A stretch of 64,000 nucleotides of DNA from an uncultured Rhizobiaceae bacterium (GCA_964624055.1 CAZUXZ010000135.1:1365-65364); one strand, 5' to 3'; shown: positions 19,006 to 29,535, counted from the stretch's first letter. A program made the numbers and translations. Notes: generated by a model not told the origin, from the sequence alone.

Positions 19006-20195
19006 TTGCCGATGATCAATGAAACGTTGTTGCCGCCAAACGCAAAGGCATTACTCATGAAGAGGCGTTGCGTATCGACTGCATATTGTTGGTCCGGCCG
19101 CACGAGACTTGTGGACAGCAGACCCTCGTCAGCCTCACCATCCCAAACATGCGGTGGCAAAAGACGTTTAGGATTGTTATCGCTTGCGCTCAACCAACAA
19201 TGGGCCGCGCCCATTACGCCTGCAGCACCCAGCGTATGGCCGAGTTGCCCCTTGCATGAACTGCATGGTGTTTCTTCGCCGAAGATACGCGATACCACTA
19301 CGCTCTCCACTTCGTCGTTTTGCAGTGTGCCGGTACCGTGAAGCTGAATATATTCGATGTCCCCTGGCGTCATTTCGGCATCCGCCAACGCCTGACGCAT
19401 AGACAGCTCGATGCCGGCACCATTCGGCTCGGGTGTTGTCATGGCGTGGGCATCGGACGAAGCACCGACGCCAAATAGTGCAATTTCCGATTCTTCACGC
19501 TGCATCAAGAACAATGCTGCGCCCTCGCCGATCATGGTACCGTCGCGATTACGACTAAATGGATTGCACCGCCCTTTCGACAGGGCCGAAAGTGCATAAA
19601 ACCCGTTCACGGTTATACGGCACAGACTATCCGCGCCGCCTGCAATCACCGCGTCGGCGAGACCTGTTCGGAGCATTCGGCGACCATTAGCAAGCGCCTG
19701 GGCGCCTGAACTGCAAGCTGTTGAGATCGTGATCGCCAGACCTTCAAGCTCGAGATACTCGGCCAGAGCTTCCGCCGAACTGCCGATCTCATTCTGTCTA
19801 AAATCATAATCCGGAGGTAATTCTCCTCCCACCCCCAAATTGGCAACAGCGCGCTCGCCGCAATCTAGACCTGAAGTGCTGGTACCCATCACAACGGCAA
19901 TTCTCTCCCGTCCGTAACGCTTGATGACTTCATCAATGTCTTCACGAATTTCCTCCGCGGCAGCGATCATCATTGACAAATTACGGCTCGCATAGATCGC
20001 CAATTTGTTCGGCACCTCCGGCAAATCGCCGCTTACTTCGCCGACATAGATAGGCATGCCATTCACCAAAATATCGTTGCGGCACACCACGCCTGGGCTT
20101 TGCGCCGCCATCAGTGATTCGAGAACCTGACGTTTACCACGCCCCATCGGACTAACGATGCCAAGAGCCGATAAAAACGCCGGATCCCGAAGCAT
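18996..20195 (-). CDS. Beta-ketoacyl-ACP synthase (ApeO-like)
   Basis: Cys in ISTACSSGAQALANG, His in QLHGTGT and GHTLGAAG. Confidence 0.85.
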   Translation of the reverse strand: MLRDPAFLSALGIVSPMGRGKRQVLESLMAAQSPGVVCRNDILVNGMPIYVGEVSGDLPEVPNKLAIYASRNLSMMIAAAEEIREDIDEVIKRYGRERIAVVMGTSTSGLDCGERAVANLGVGGELPPDYDFRQNEIGSSAEALAEYLELEGLAITISTACSSGAQALANGRRMLRTGLADAVIAGGADSLCRITVNGFYALSALSKGRCNPFSRNRDGTMIGEGAALFLMQREESEIALFGVGASSDAHAMTTPEPNGAGIELSMRQALADAEMTPGDIEYIQLHGTGTLQNDEVESVVVSRIFGEETPCSSCKGQLGHTLGAAGVMGAAHCWLSASDNNPKRLLPPHVWDGEADEGLLSTSLVRPDQQYAVDTQRLFMSNAFAFGGNNVSLIIGKWR

Positions 20196-20197
20196 AG

Positions 20198-20788
20198 TTA
20201 TTCTCCGTCCACTTCTTGGAGCGCATTGATATACAAACGGTAGGGCGGCTCAAAATGCTCGATGAGCACGTCCTGGCCCGTTTTGTCTGCTCCAGTATAG
20301 GTGACTATGACCAACAGCGTTCCAGCTCCATCCAGGACCTCACGCATTTTCTGATTTGCAGGCGCGCGCAGAACCAAACCATGTTCTTCATATTTTTCCC
20401 GAAGTGCTGCTTCTGGCCAATGGGCAATTTGAATGTTAAACAACATATGTCGTGGATCGAAGGGAAACTGTTCCACACCCAAGGTTTCAACGAATATCTC
20501 GTCCTCTGCCTGCTCAAGCGTGAATAAGGGAAGGCCGACCGGCGTGAGCCCAACCACGGCCATGCGCGCCGGCATGACTTCAACCTCGACGTGGAATGAA
20601 TGTTTCTGATCCTCGAATTCACCGACAACCATTTGGCTGAGTGTTAAATTTTTCCCGAGACTCGCGGGAGTAAGAAGCACATCAATCAGCCTGCCAGGGC
20701 CACCGGGGATGGGATCGGGGGCGGCACATGCCGCCATACCAATCATAATCGCTGCGACGAGCAACTCGCGCATTATTGGATTCTGCAA
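20198..20788 (-). CDS. DUF3261-type lipoprotein (ApeN-like)
   Basis: 196 aa. Lipoprotein signal IGMAACAAP. Size and position between the halogenase/exporter and the KS genes match APE cluster architecture. Family call from memory. Confidence 0.55.
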   Translation of the reverse strand: MQNPIMRELLVAAIMIGMAACAAPDPIPGGPGRLIDVLLTPASLGKNLTLSQMVVGEFEDQKHSFHVEVEVMPARMAVVGLTPVGLPLFTLEQAEDEIFVETLGVEQFPFDPRHMLFNIQIAHWPEAALREKYEEHGLVLRAPANQKMREVLDGAGTLLVIVTYTGADKTGQDVLIEHFEPPYRLYINALQEVDGE

Positions 20789-22008
20789 ATATTGGCGAGA
20801 GCTGTGAGCCTGCGCTCGGTGTGGGCAACAAAGGGATTATTCTCATCCCATGCGTAACCAGCGAGAATCGAACAAATCATTTGGCGAATACGATGGTGTT
20901 GACGGTCGGTGAAAATGATGTCTTGCAGACGCCCGTCATACCAAGCCGCGACAAACTGACGGAAGGTATCAACGCCGCGCGCCATGGGTTGGGCGAAACT
21001 CTTTTCCCAATCGACTCTTTCGCCACGGAATTGGTGGTCCAAACAATCTGCTGCCAGAGAAGCGGAGCGCAGTGCGATTGTCACGCCGGAGGAAAATATA
21101 GGGTCGAGAAATCCTCCGGCATTTCCCAGCAGCGCGAACTTGTCGCCAAAGAGTCTTTCTACATTTGAGGCGTAGGCGGCGATGCCGGCGCACGGCCGAT
21201 GGCTCTCGGATTTAGATAGGAGGCTGGCGAGCAAACCGGTTTCGGAGACAAAGCGCCAGAGCACCGCTTCGTCATTTTCGTCAGAATTTCGCAATGCGTT
21301 TTCCGCACCAACAACGCCTACTGAACTAATTCCACCAGTAAAGGGAATAAGCCAATACCAAATATCATGACGTTCCGGGTGGACGGTGATCAGGATCTTA
21401 TTGCGATCAAACGCATCAGGTTTGATATGATCAACGATGTGCGTGAAGACAGATTCCCGAGATGGCCACTCCGCAGGACGAACCATGCCGAGCAGATTTG
21501 CCAATGTCTGGCCGAACCCACTTGCGTCTAGACAAAATTTCGAAGACAGCTGGCCACGATTTCTGTCGGCATCAAAATAGCTAAGCACAGGTTGCTCAGA
21601 GGTCAGATCGCAACCGGTTATTTCACAGCAATAATGAATCGCCACACCCATCTCAGATGCCTGATCGGCAAGCAGCTTGTCAAAGCGATCACGCTGCACT
21701 TCATATGTGGTAGACCATCCGAGTGAAAATTTGTCGGAGAAATCGAATTCGGCGCGCGCGCCACCACGATCGAAGGTGGCGCCATTTTTTAGCTGGAAAT
21801 GCGCCTCCTCAACTGCATCGATCATACCCGCTTCATCGAGCACATCCATGCATTGCGGCAACAAGCTCTCGCCAATAGAAAAACGTGGAAACCGCTGACG
21901 TTCCAAAACAACAACATCGTAGCCCCTCGCCACAAGAATTGCCGCCGCGACGGAACCCGCGGGACCGGCGCCAATTATTGCGACGTCGCAGGTTTTTGCA
22001 ATTGTCAT
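20773..22008 (-). CDS. Flavin-dependent halogenase (tryptophan-halogenase family)
   Basis: N-terminal FAD fold DVAIIGAGPAGSVAAAIL. Diagnostic halogenase motif WYWLIP present (DIWYWLIPFTGG). Confidence 0.75.
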   Translation of the reverse strand: MTIAKTCDVAIIGAGPAGSVAAAILVARGYDVVVLERQRFPRFSIGESLLPQCMDVLDEAGMIDAVEEAHFQLKNGATFDRGGARAEFDFSDKFSLGWSTTYEVQRDRFDKLLADQASEMGVAIHYCCEITGCDLTSEQPVLSYFDADRNRGQLSSKFCLDASGFGQTLANLLGMVRPAEWPSRESVFTHIVDHIKPDAFDRNKILITVHPERHDIWYWLIPFTGGISSVGVVGAENALRNSDENDEAVLWRFVSETGLLASLLSKSESHRPCAGIAAYASNVERLFGDKFALLGNAGGFLDPIFSSGVTIALRSASLAADCLDHQFRGERVDWEKSFAQPMARGVDTFRQFVAAWYDGRLQDIIFTDRQHHRIRQMICSILAGYAWDENNPFVAHTERRLTALANICRIQ

Positions 22009-24392
22009 GCTCCTGCTATTCCTCTCCGCGCGCCCAGTCCCGCCAATGGCGAGAGAATCAACGCCACAAAAATTCCCAACAATATTGTCATGCCGAACGC
22101 ATGAACCGCTGCCGTTGACGATGTTGCAAGCAACCCGAATGCCAACATCGTGGTAACAGATGATAGCGCAATTGCCACAAGTGTTGACGGATTACCCCCC
22201 CCCGTCTCTCTAAAAAATATACCGTAATCAGCACCGAACCCCAAAACCAAAAGAACAGCCAATACATTGAACAAGGTTAAGGGTTCGCCGATAAGGCCTT
22301 GGATACCCAGGCTGGTAATTGCCGCCACAACAGGGGAAATCATCACTGCCATCCCGCCAAAAAATCCGTAGCGGATCAGCATGAATAAAGAGACGATGAG
22401 ATAGGACGCAAAAATTAACCAAATGGCCTGGCGGCGTACTCCACCGAAGGTATCGGACAAATTACCAACCGTGTCGATGAATACCACCCCGTCGAGAGAG
22501 GCTGCTAACTGGTGCAACGATTCTACCTCTTGCACGCCCCTCAATCCGACGGCGGCAAAAGATTTACCACCGAACACACCGAGCCATAGCTGCCTGTATG
22601 GCGCTGCCATTGGGTTTTCGAGCCACGCTGATAGTAAATTGTCAGGAACGGGACCCAGCTTCGCCTGCTCATAAGCATCGACATAACGTTTGACTGTACT
22701 CTCCGGTAACCCAACCCTCTTTGCGACACGGTGTACGAGGCTGGTCTCACCGGCGATGAGCGGAGCTATGAGACGGCGATTTTCCGCGACCCTTTTCTTA
22801 GACGGCACAAAATCGGATAGCGATACTATTCCCGAAAGTTGGCCACGTTCGCGATATGGGCGCAGCACTTCAACCAGTCGTTCTTGGCGCACCAAGACCT
22901 CGTCTTTATTGTCGCCCGTCACCAGGAAAAATTGACTGGACAGATCACCGCCAATCAACTCACGAACCTGTTTTTCCTCAGCCACAACTGCTTCGTCCAA
23001 GGTTTGCAATTGACGGATATCGTCTTGCGGCCTCAATTGGCTAATACCAATACCCCCGACGATCAAGAGTGCCGCTAGCCCCCCCCACGCCTTAGGACCC
23101 CACTGCACCTGGCAGAATCGCGCGTAAGCAGCTGACCAACCGAATGGCCGGCGCATATGGTTACTTTTCAACTCTTTGCTAAGCAGCGGATAGAAAAGAA
23201 CGACGCACAGGTACGCGCAGATGAGACCAGAACCGGAAAAGATTGCCATCTGCTGAATACCGGGAAAAGACGCAAACAAGAGTCCTGTAAAACCGATAAC
23301 GCTAGTAATCAGGCCGAGAGTAATGCCAGGGAGCACATGTCTTAGGACAGACCGCGACGACCGATTCTCTTCTCGGCCAAAGCTTGCGCAAAAATAATGC
23401 AGCGAGTAATCAACTGAGATTCCGATCAGACTTACACCGAAGACAAGGGTCAGCAAATTAACCTGACCAAAAGACGCCAAACTGATGACAAAACCGCCAA
23501 GGCAGCCGACAGCAATGGTGGACAGGCTGAGCGCAAGTGGACGCCATGATCTAAACACCAGGAAAAACAGCAATACGATTCCGAAGAGCGCGCCGACGCC
23601 GACGGTGGAAATTTCGCTCTTAGCGCTGGACGATCCGGCGGCAGCATGGAAGAACGCTCCCGCCTTCAAAAGGAAAACATTTGGCTGATTTTTAGATGGC
23701 TTCAGTGTCAGTTTGTCGAGAATCGGGCCGAGTTTATCCTGTAGGTCTAGCGAAAACGGACTCTCGTTCAAAATTCCGTTGAGCACTACATAGACTCGCT
23801 GTCCGCGATGGATCAACAGAAAGCCATCTTCAATTTCAAAGTTGGTCTCACTAGCCAAAGCGCGCTCAGAGAGAAATCCGGAGAGTAGATGTAGCGGATC
23901 CTCAGTGATCACATCCGATTGCAGCCCCGCAACCGGATGGAAATAGCGCACAAGCACGTCCTGTTCGAACTTTTTTTCCTGACCCAAAGCCAATTGCTGG
24001 CGTGCGGTGTCGCTGAGCAATCCGAAGCGAAGTGGTAAATAGAACGCAACGGCACTGGCGACTGTATCCCCCTTGCTCGCGATCCCGATCTCGGCGAATT
24101 TTCCGCTGGCCTGAAGCTTGGTTAATATTGTTGTTGCCTCTGCCTTTGCGGCTTCACTGTCCACGGCACCGACCAGAAAAACCATGCGCCGCTCAAAGTT
24201 TTTGCGAAACATGTCCGCTGCATCTCGTGAGTGAGAATCGCCGTCCGACGTCGGAAGAACCGAAATCATGTTCGCGGTGATCCCTGTTTCCCCACTCATC
24301 CGGACGGCCACCCATGCCGCAAGCGCCAACAAGACGAGCAGCCAGATCAGCGCCGCACCCCTACTGGGCGAAATGATTTCTCTCAATCTCAT
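22005..24392 (-). CDS. MMPL/RND-superfamily exporter (ApeM-like)
   Basis: 795 aa. Two six-helix membrane bundles alternating with periplasmic domains, typical of MMPL lipid exporters. Confidence 0.8.
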   Translation of the reverse strand: MRLREIISPSRGAALIWLLVLLALAAWVAVRMSGETGITANMISVLPTSDGDSHSRDAADMFRKNFERRMVFLVGAVDSEAAKAEATTILTKLQASGKFAEIGIASKGDTVASAVAFYLPLRFGLLSDTARQQLALGQEKKFEQDVLVRYFHPVAGLQSDVITEDPLHLLSGFLSERALASETNFEIEDGFLLIHRGQRVYVVLNGILNESPFSLDLQDKLGPILDKLTLKPSKNQPNVFLLKAGAFFHAAAGSSSAKSEISTVGVGALFGIVLLFFLVFRSWRPLALSLSTIAVGCLGGFVISLASFGQVNLLTLVFGVSLIGISVDYSLHYFCASFGREENRSSRSVLRHVLPGITLGLITSVIGFTGLLFASFPGIQQMAIFSGSGLICAYLCVVLFYPLLSKELKSNHMRRPFGWSAAYARFCQVQWGPKAWGGLAALLIVGGIGISQLRPQDDIRQLQTLDEAVVAEEKQVRELIGGDLSSQFFLVTGDNKDEVLVRQERLVEVLRPYRERGQLSGIVSLSDFVPSKKRVAENRRLIAPLIAGETSLVHRVAKRVGLPESTVKRYVDAYEQAKLGPVPDNLLSAWLENPMAAPYRQLWLGVFGGKSFAAVGLRGVQEVESLHQLAASLDGVVFIDTVGNLSDTFGGVRRQAIWLIFASYLIVSLFMLIRYGFFGGMAVMISPVVAAITSLGIQGLIGEPLTLFNVLAVLLVLGFGADYGIFFRETGGGNPSTLVAIALSSVTTMLAFGLLATSSTAAVHAFGMTILLGIFVALILSPLAGLGARRGIAGA

Positions 24393-24990
24393 TCAACTCA
24401 AAAGGCCCAAGCATAAAACCGCTAAATTGAAGCGTCGTCCTATCGCCCTTCACTTCGTTAATTTCTACCTTCTCCACAAACTGTCCGCCGGAAATTTGAA
24501 CATGCGAGATGAAGGCTCTCATCGGCTCAGACTTTGGGTGGAGACCCAATTGCCATCTACCATCCAAGGTGCCGGGAGAAAGGTTGAAATGCTTCTCGAG
24601 CAACACTGCGTCGCCGGAAAAAATGGAGAGAAAAATATCTGCCAATGCCTGGAATATCTGATTGCTGCCGATGTCTATCTGACGAACTTGCCCGTCTTCG
24701 TCCCACTCGAGAATTTTCCCAGTCGACAGTAAAACGGAGATCGTGAATGGCTCCAGAACCCGCCACAAAACACCCTCACCCGCAACAAAGGTAAGTTCGC
24801 CACGCGTTACCAGCGGTCGGCTAAGAGCCCGCAAGTCTTTTTCCTGAAGAAAGCTAGCACGAAGCATATCGCTCTTGGCCAGGCGCCGTTGGATGTCGCT
24901 TAACTCTCCTTCTGATCTTGGAACGGAGGCCATGAACGTGCCAGCAAAGACAAATACAATCACGAAGCTTGACAGGAACCGCCGCATCAC
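24361..24990 (-). CDS. LolA-like outer-membrane lipoprotein carrier family protein (ApeL-like)
   Basis: 209 aa with signal peptide. Size, composition and cluster context match the LolA-like genes of APE clusters. Confidence 0.6.
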   Translation of the reverse strand: MMRRFLSSFVIVFVFAGTFMASVPRSEGELSDIQRRLAKSDMLRASFLQEKDLRALSRPLVTRGELTFVAGEGVLWRVLEPFTISVLLSTGKILEWDEDGQVRQIDIGSNQIFQALADIFLSIFSGDAVLLEKHFNLSPGTLDGRWQLGLHPKSEPMRAFISHVQISGGQFVEKVEINEVKGDRTTLQFSGFMLGPFELNEIERNHFAQ

Positions 24991-25397
24991 GACTTTTTGA
25001 TTTTATCTGTCAGTACCTTCGGCGAGGACAACAACATTTCCTCGCTTGCCATATCGACCGCGACTTGAACGGTATGGCCGTGCGTGAGTCGCGCGCCGGT
25101 CTTTGCATCGGTGATGATGTAACCTATCTTGAGCCGCATTTCGCACTCGATGAATTGCGCGCGCACAGTCAGTAGTTGGCCAAACCTTGCAGGATGCGCA
25201 TAGCGTATCTTTAATTCGATAATAGGCCAGGCAAATCCAGAGTCGCGCATCTCCGGATAATTGTAACCGACCTGCTCCAACAGGGCAGTGCGCGCGATCT
25301 CAAAATACTTCACGTAATGCCCATGCCACGCAATTTCCATAGTATCTACATCATGGAACGGAACTTGGAGCGTGATTTCGGCTGCGGGAAGAGCCAC
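24987..25397 (-). CDS. Hotdog-fold acyl-CoA/ACP thioesterase (4HBT/YbgC-like, ApeK-like)
   Basis: 136 aa. VPFHDVDTMEIAWHGHYVKYFE is a 4HBT signature. Confidence 0.7.
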   Translation of the reverse strand: MALPAAEITLQVPFHDVDTMEIAWHGHYVKYFEIARTALLEQVGYNYPEMRDSGFAWPIIELKIRYAHPARFGQLLTVRAQFIECEMRLKIGYIITDAKTGARLTHGHTVQVAVDMASEEMLLSSPKVLTDKIKKS

Positions 25398-25427
25398 GGT
25401 CCTAAACCGGATAAACAGAAAAAATCG

Positions 25428-26429
25428 TCATTTTGGGCGCTCGTCATGGGGAGCAGAGCCATGCCAGAAATCGAAGAAATTGAACCACTGGTAAGGAGTG
25501 GTGAGACAGTGAAACTCCAACCGCTCTGCGTAGCGCCGAACGAATTCGCCATGTAATGCCCGCCGCCGAGCCCGCGGTATATCAACGGCGTCGCTAAACG
25601 GCTCAAAAATAATCCGGTAACGATTTTTTTCCTTGAGACAAAACATCAGCAATACGGGACAATTCAAAACTGCCGCCAAGATGAATGGTCCTAAGGGAAA
25701 CGGGGCCGGTGTTCCGAGGAACGGCGCCATACTTACTCGCGGCGACCCGCAGGTCGGCGTGCGGTCGCCGGCGATTACGACAAGTTCTCCCGCATCTACT
25801 TTTTGCTTTAGAAAAATTGCCGTGTCGGGGCCGATGTCGGTCGTCTGAATAAGCGAGACTGCCGATCGCGGATTTTCCTGATGCATTAGCCTGTTGAACA
25901 TTTCGGCATGTTTGGTGTGAACGAGAAAGGTGATTTTTCCTTTCCGAAATCTCGTTTCCAAGGCCCGGCTAACTTCAGCATTACCCAAATGCGATACGAT
26001 GATCACTCCCCCCCGGCCGGAATCACGTAACGCGGTAAAGGTCTCATAATTTTCGAAATTGAAATCCTTCACTTGAAATCCGCCGGTCCAGGCACAGAGT
26101 TTGTCGAGCGTCGCCTCACCGAAACAAAAAAAATGGCGCAAAGAGCAGAACCAAACTGGCCACCGACCGAGCTTTTGGCGACCGCGGGCATCGGCGTCAA
26201 CACGCTGCAAATATGCTGATGAAGCCCGCCGCGCGGTGCGGTTCGTGAGATAAAAATACAGAACGACAGGGTAAAGTATGAGTGAAAACCCAGACCGCCC
26301 GAATGTGCGGTAGGTTTTTAACATGATCTTGAGTCCCAGGAAAATGCCCCGCTCTTCGATACGAGACCAATGATGGTCTGATTTCTCGTCCGTCTGAGGG
26401 TGCATTTCAATTACCGCATTCAACGTCAA
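25428..26429 (-). CDS. LpxL/HtrB-family (lipid A late) acyltransferase
   Basis: 333 aa. N-terminal membrane anchor then the LpxL-like acyltransferase domain (VIIVSHLGNAE..., IAGDRTP). Confidence 0.65.
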   Translation of the reverse strand: MTLNAVIEMHPQTDEKSDHHWSRIEERGIFLGLKIMLKTYRTFGRSGFSLILYPVVLYFYLTNRTARRASSAYLQRVDADARGRQKLGRWPVWFCSLRHFFCFGEATLDKLCAWTGGFQVKDFNFENYETFTALRDSGRGGVIIVSHLGNAEVSRALETRFRKGKITFLVHTKHAEMFNRLMHQENPRSAVSLIQTTDIGPDTAIFLKQKVDAGELVVIAGDRTPTCGSPRVSMAPFLGTPAPFPLGPFILAAVLNCPVLLMFCLKEKNRYRIIFEPFSDAVDIPRARRRALHGEFVRRYAERLEFHCLTTPYQWFNFFDFWHGSAPHDERPK

Positions 26430-26432
26430 CGC

Positions 26433-27179
26433 TCACGCCCTTCCTTTCGCCCTTCGATAAAGCAGGTAGAGCGCACGACTTATCATCCCGAACACCAGGC
26501 GCACATGCATGCGCGTCATCAAGTAATTATCACGGAACAGGCGCCAGTTGGACATTCCTTCGGTTGGATAGGTAACGTTCGTAGGAAGTGTAAGAACCGG
26601 CCTTCCTGCCCAAAATAATCTAACGAGAATTTCTGTATCGAAATCCATCCGCTGACCAATATTTCCTCGGCTAGTCAATCGCAACACAGCATCGACCGGA
26701 TATACCCTAAAGCCACACATTGAATCTGCTATGGTAAAGGAAAGAGTTTCGATCCACACCCAAACATGGGTAAGGTAACGCGCCAGCTTTCGAACGATTG
26801 GCGCTGTCTCGTCATAGAGAGGCCGGCCCGTAACAACCGCCTCCGGATGTTGTGAGGCCAACGCAAGGAACTTCGGAATGTCATCCGCGTCGTGCTGATT
26901 ATCGGCGTCGATCTGCAATGCGTGGGTGAAGCCCCGTTCTTGCGCGACCCGCAGACCCGAGATCATTGCGGCGCCCTTGCCGGCATTTTTTTTATGCTCA
27001 ACAAGTTTGATCCAATTATTGCTCAGGGCTAATTGTCGAAGCAGCTCTGAGCAACCCTCGCCACTGCCGTCATTGACGAAAATCGTCGGGATTTCAAGCG
27101 GTCTTATCCGTTCTGCGAGTGTGCAGGACCCGGCGCCATGATTATAAACAGGTACGACGATGCAGGGATTAAAGCTCAT
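26433..27179 (-). CDS. Family-2 glycosyltransferase (ApeJ-like)
   Basis: CIVVPVYNHG, VNDGSGEG and QIDADNQHD (DxD) GT2 motifs. Confidence 0.8.
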   Translation of the reverse strand: MSFNPCIVVPVYNHGAGSCTLAERIRPLEIPTIFVNDGSGEGCSELLRQLALSNNWIKLVEHKKNAGKGAAMISGLRVAQERGFTHALQIDADNQHDADDIPKFLALASQHPEAVVTGRPLYDETAPIVRKLARYLTHVWVWIETLSFTIADSMCGFRVYPVDAVLRLTSRGNIGQRMDFDTEILVRLFWAGRPVLTLPTNVTYPTEGMSNWRLFRDNYLMTRMHVRLVFGMISRALYLLYRRAKGRA

Positions 27180-29032
27180 GCCACAACACTAAACCTGATA
27201 CGACCAGAGGCATTGGTCGTCCCATCACTTTCATAGCGAAATTGGATCGCGCCTTTATCTTTGCTAAAACTGAGCGTGAGCGTGACCTCGTCTTCGGGCG
27301 TTAAAATGCGAAAAAATTTTAATGCTTCCATACGCTGGAACACCCTATCGGCAACAAGGTCGTTACGCGCGAAATTAGCGGCCCAAGCTATTAGAACGAC
27401 GCCAGCCAAAATGGGTTGGCCATCAAAATGACCGTCAAAATATTTGAGCTCCGCGGGTAATTTCAACTTGAGATTGAGTCCCGAGGGCTCTGACGCCCGT
27501 TCGAGAATTTTTGGACTAGTGATGACATTATTAGTCTCGCCAAAAAGCGCACGGAACTGGATAAGGGAAGGCGTGCCCTTGACCGTTTGCGGCAACCTCT
27601 TCACAAACCGCCACTTTCGCGGCAACACCGCCAAGTCAAGGTAAGGCGCGAGACCGGCGCGTAACTCGCGGGAGAACATCCGCTTTCCACTTTCCTTGAG
27701 CGCTGACCATCCCTCAGCCTTAAGAACTACTGCGGCGCCTAGAAATTTGCGACCCGTGCGTCCCTCGAGAACCTCGACCTGTGCGTCGGCAACTTTCGTC
27801 TGCGAGGACAGCAGGTTTTCAACCTCGTTGAGAGAAACGCGTTGCTCTTCGATTTTGACAATCCGATCCGCTCGTCCGAGCAATACGAAACGGCCATCGG
27901 ACGAAAACCGCACCCGATCTCCAGTTCGGTGGGGTGGCATGTTGCAAATAAAAGGAGACTCGACGATAAGGACACTGCTATCAGGATCAGCCGTCAGCTC
28001 CACCCCAGCAAAGGGCATCAGAGGCTCGGGCTCACCTGTGCCCTGCCACACCCGATAACCGATCGCGCCGGTTTCTGTACTCCCATAAATTTCGACGACA
28101 GGCTTTGCCAATCCGACGGAAAAAGTTGTAGCCGTCTCGGCAGACAAAGGGCCACCCGACGAAAACAATTCTATGATCCGGTCTTTAATAACATCCATAT
28201 CAAGCACCAGCGATGCACGCCGCAGAAAAGCCGGACTGGAGATCAAGCGAATCTTATTATCGGATCGGCACAGACGTTCAAGCTCTTCCGGATATTGCAG
28301 GGTTTCGCTGGAAAATGGCTCACCCATAGAAAGCGGCAATAACAAACGAAACATTAGACCGTAGAGGTGATGTGCGGGCACCGTAGCCCGTACAATCGTG
28401 GATGGGATTCTCGGAAATGTCGCCGCGATCACCGCAACTTCCGCATCAAGGCATCGGATAGATTTCACGACCAGTTCCGGGTTTCCGGTAGTGCCAGCTG
28501 TATGAAGAAACACCTCCGCACGGTCCGAATCAAACGCTTCCAGCCTAACACTGGCCCGTGGCGTCTGATGTCCGAACACGTTAAGACTTCGGACACTGAG
28601 TGGCGCAGTTCGCCCCTCCACCAATACACCATCGACCTTGCGAGACAACTCGCCTATATGCCCCATTTGAAAATTTGCCGGTAGGATGATGGTTCGCGAA
28701 GTATGAAATGCAGCTAATAAACCGACCGCGACAGCATAGGCATCTGCGCTCAACAACAACCAGCGCCCACCCGGTTTTTCCTTAAAAGCCGCACTTAAGG
28801 CCGCGACATCGCCTTTAAATTTAGCGAACGAAATTGGTTTTCCGCCGACGAATGCAACCGGGTCATCGCGCGGCAACCCGTCAGCAAACAGAGATGAAAT
28901 TGAGCGCGCGGTTACCATGTGCCGGTTACCTAGGCCACCGCTTTCTTTTGCACCCGCCGTCGAATGAGATACTCCCCGGCGAACAGGAAGCCCATCAAGG
29001 CATAGGAAATTGCGCCGTTGTAGAGTGCCCAA
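27176..29032 (-). CDS. Fused AMP-dependent acyl/aryl-CoA(ACP) ligase and hotdog dehydratase (ApeH-ApeI fusion)
   Basis: 618 aa. AMP-binding motifs HTAGTTGNPELV and YGSTETG in the first ~450 aa. The C-terminal ~140 aa (ELKYFDGHFDGQPILAGVVLIAW...) form a FabA/ApeI-like hotdog domain. Confidence 0.75.
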   Translation of the reverse strand: MGTLQRRNFLCLDGLPVRRGVSHSTAGAKESGGLGNRHMVTARSISSLFADGLPRDDPVAFVGGKPISFAKFKGDVAALSAAFKEKPGGRWLLLSADAYAVAVGLLAAFHTSRTIILPANFQMGHIGELSRKVDGVLVEGRTAPLSVRSLNVFGHQTPRASVRLEAFDSDRAEVFLHTAGTTGNPELVVKSIRCLDAEVAVIAATFPRIPSTIVRATVPAHHLYGLMFRLLLPLSMGEPFSSETLQYPEELERLCRSDNKIRLISSPAFLRRASLVLDMDVIKDRIIELFSSGGPLSAETATTFSVGLAKPVVEIYGSTETGAIGYRVWQGTGEPEPLMPFAGVELTADPDSSVLIVESPFICNMPPHRTGDRVRFSSDGRFVLLGRADRIVKIEEQRVSLNEVENLLSSQTKVADAQVEVLEGRTGRKFLGAAVVLKAEGWSALKESGKRMFSRELRAGLAPYLDLAVLPRKWRFVKRLPQTVKGTPSLIQFRALFGETNNVITSPKILERASEPSGLNLKLKLPAELKYFDGHFDGQPILAGVVLIAWAANFARNDLVADRVFQRMEALKFFRILTPEDEVTLTLSFSKDKGAIQFRYESDGTTNASGRIRFSVVA

Positions 29033-29535
29033 ACTTCAAGACTGCTATAGAGCGCGGTGTAGAGAGCAATACACCCATTGATTGCAAAAAACCCACACCA
29101 CACAATGGTAACTTTCCGGGTGTAGCGAATTGCTGCCTCGGGCATGTCTGGATTTCGGATTCTTGCAAGCCGTTCAATCACGGTGGGGGGGCGAATAAGC
29201 GATACGGCAAACAAAATCAGCATCAAACCGCTGATGCAGACTGGATAGAATTTCAAATATTGCGCTGAATTGAAAATCATTACCAATGCGCCGATTGCGA
29301 CTGCCGCAACGAGAATAAGAATAAGCTGCGGCGTGAGCGCGCGCCAACCATCGCTCCGGCCCGCGAAAAGCAATCGCGCGGCCACCAGTGTGATCAAGAC
29401 TACGGCGATGCTGCGCGCATCAAGAAAAGTCAGGCCAAAATAGATCAATGCGGGATAGGCGACAAGAAGCGCCGCTAATACCAATTTACTGGGCGGGACA
29501 GCCACTTGTAAGCTTCTAATTGTTGATGAGATCAA
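28930..29535 (-). CDS. Integral membrane protein (ApeG/COG4648-like)
   Basis: 201 aa, 5-6 predicted TM helices. Lies between the ACPs and the ligase, as in APE clusters. Confidence 0.55.
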   Translation of the reverse strand: MISSTIRSLQVAVPPSKLVLAALLVAYPALIYFGLTFLDARSIAVVLITLVAARLLFAGRSDGWRALTPQLILILVAAVAIGALVMIFNSAQYLKFYPVCISGLMLILFAVSLIRPPTVIERLARIRNPDMPEAAIRYTRKVTIVWCGFFAINGCIALYTALYSSLEVWALYNGAISYALMGFLFAGEYLIRRRVQKKAVA

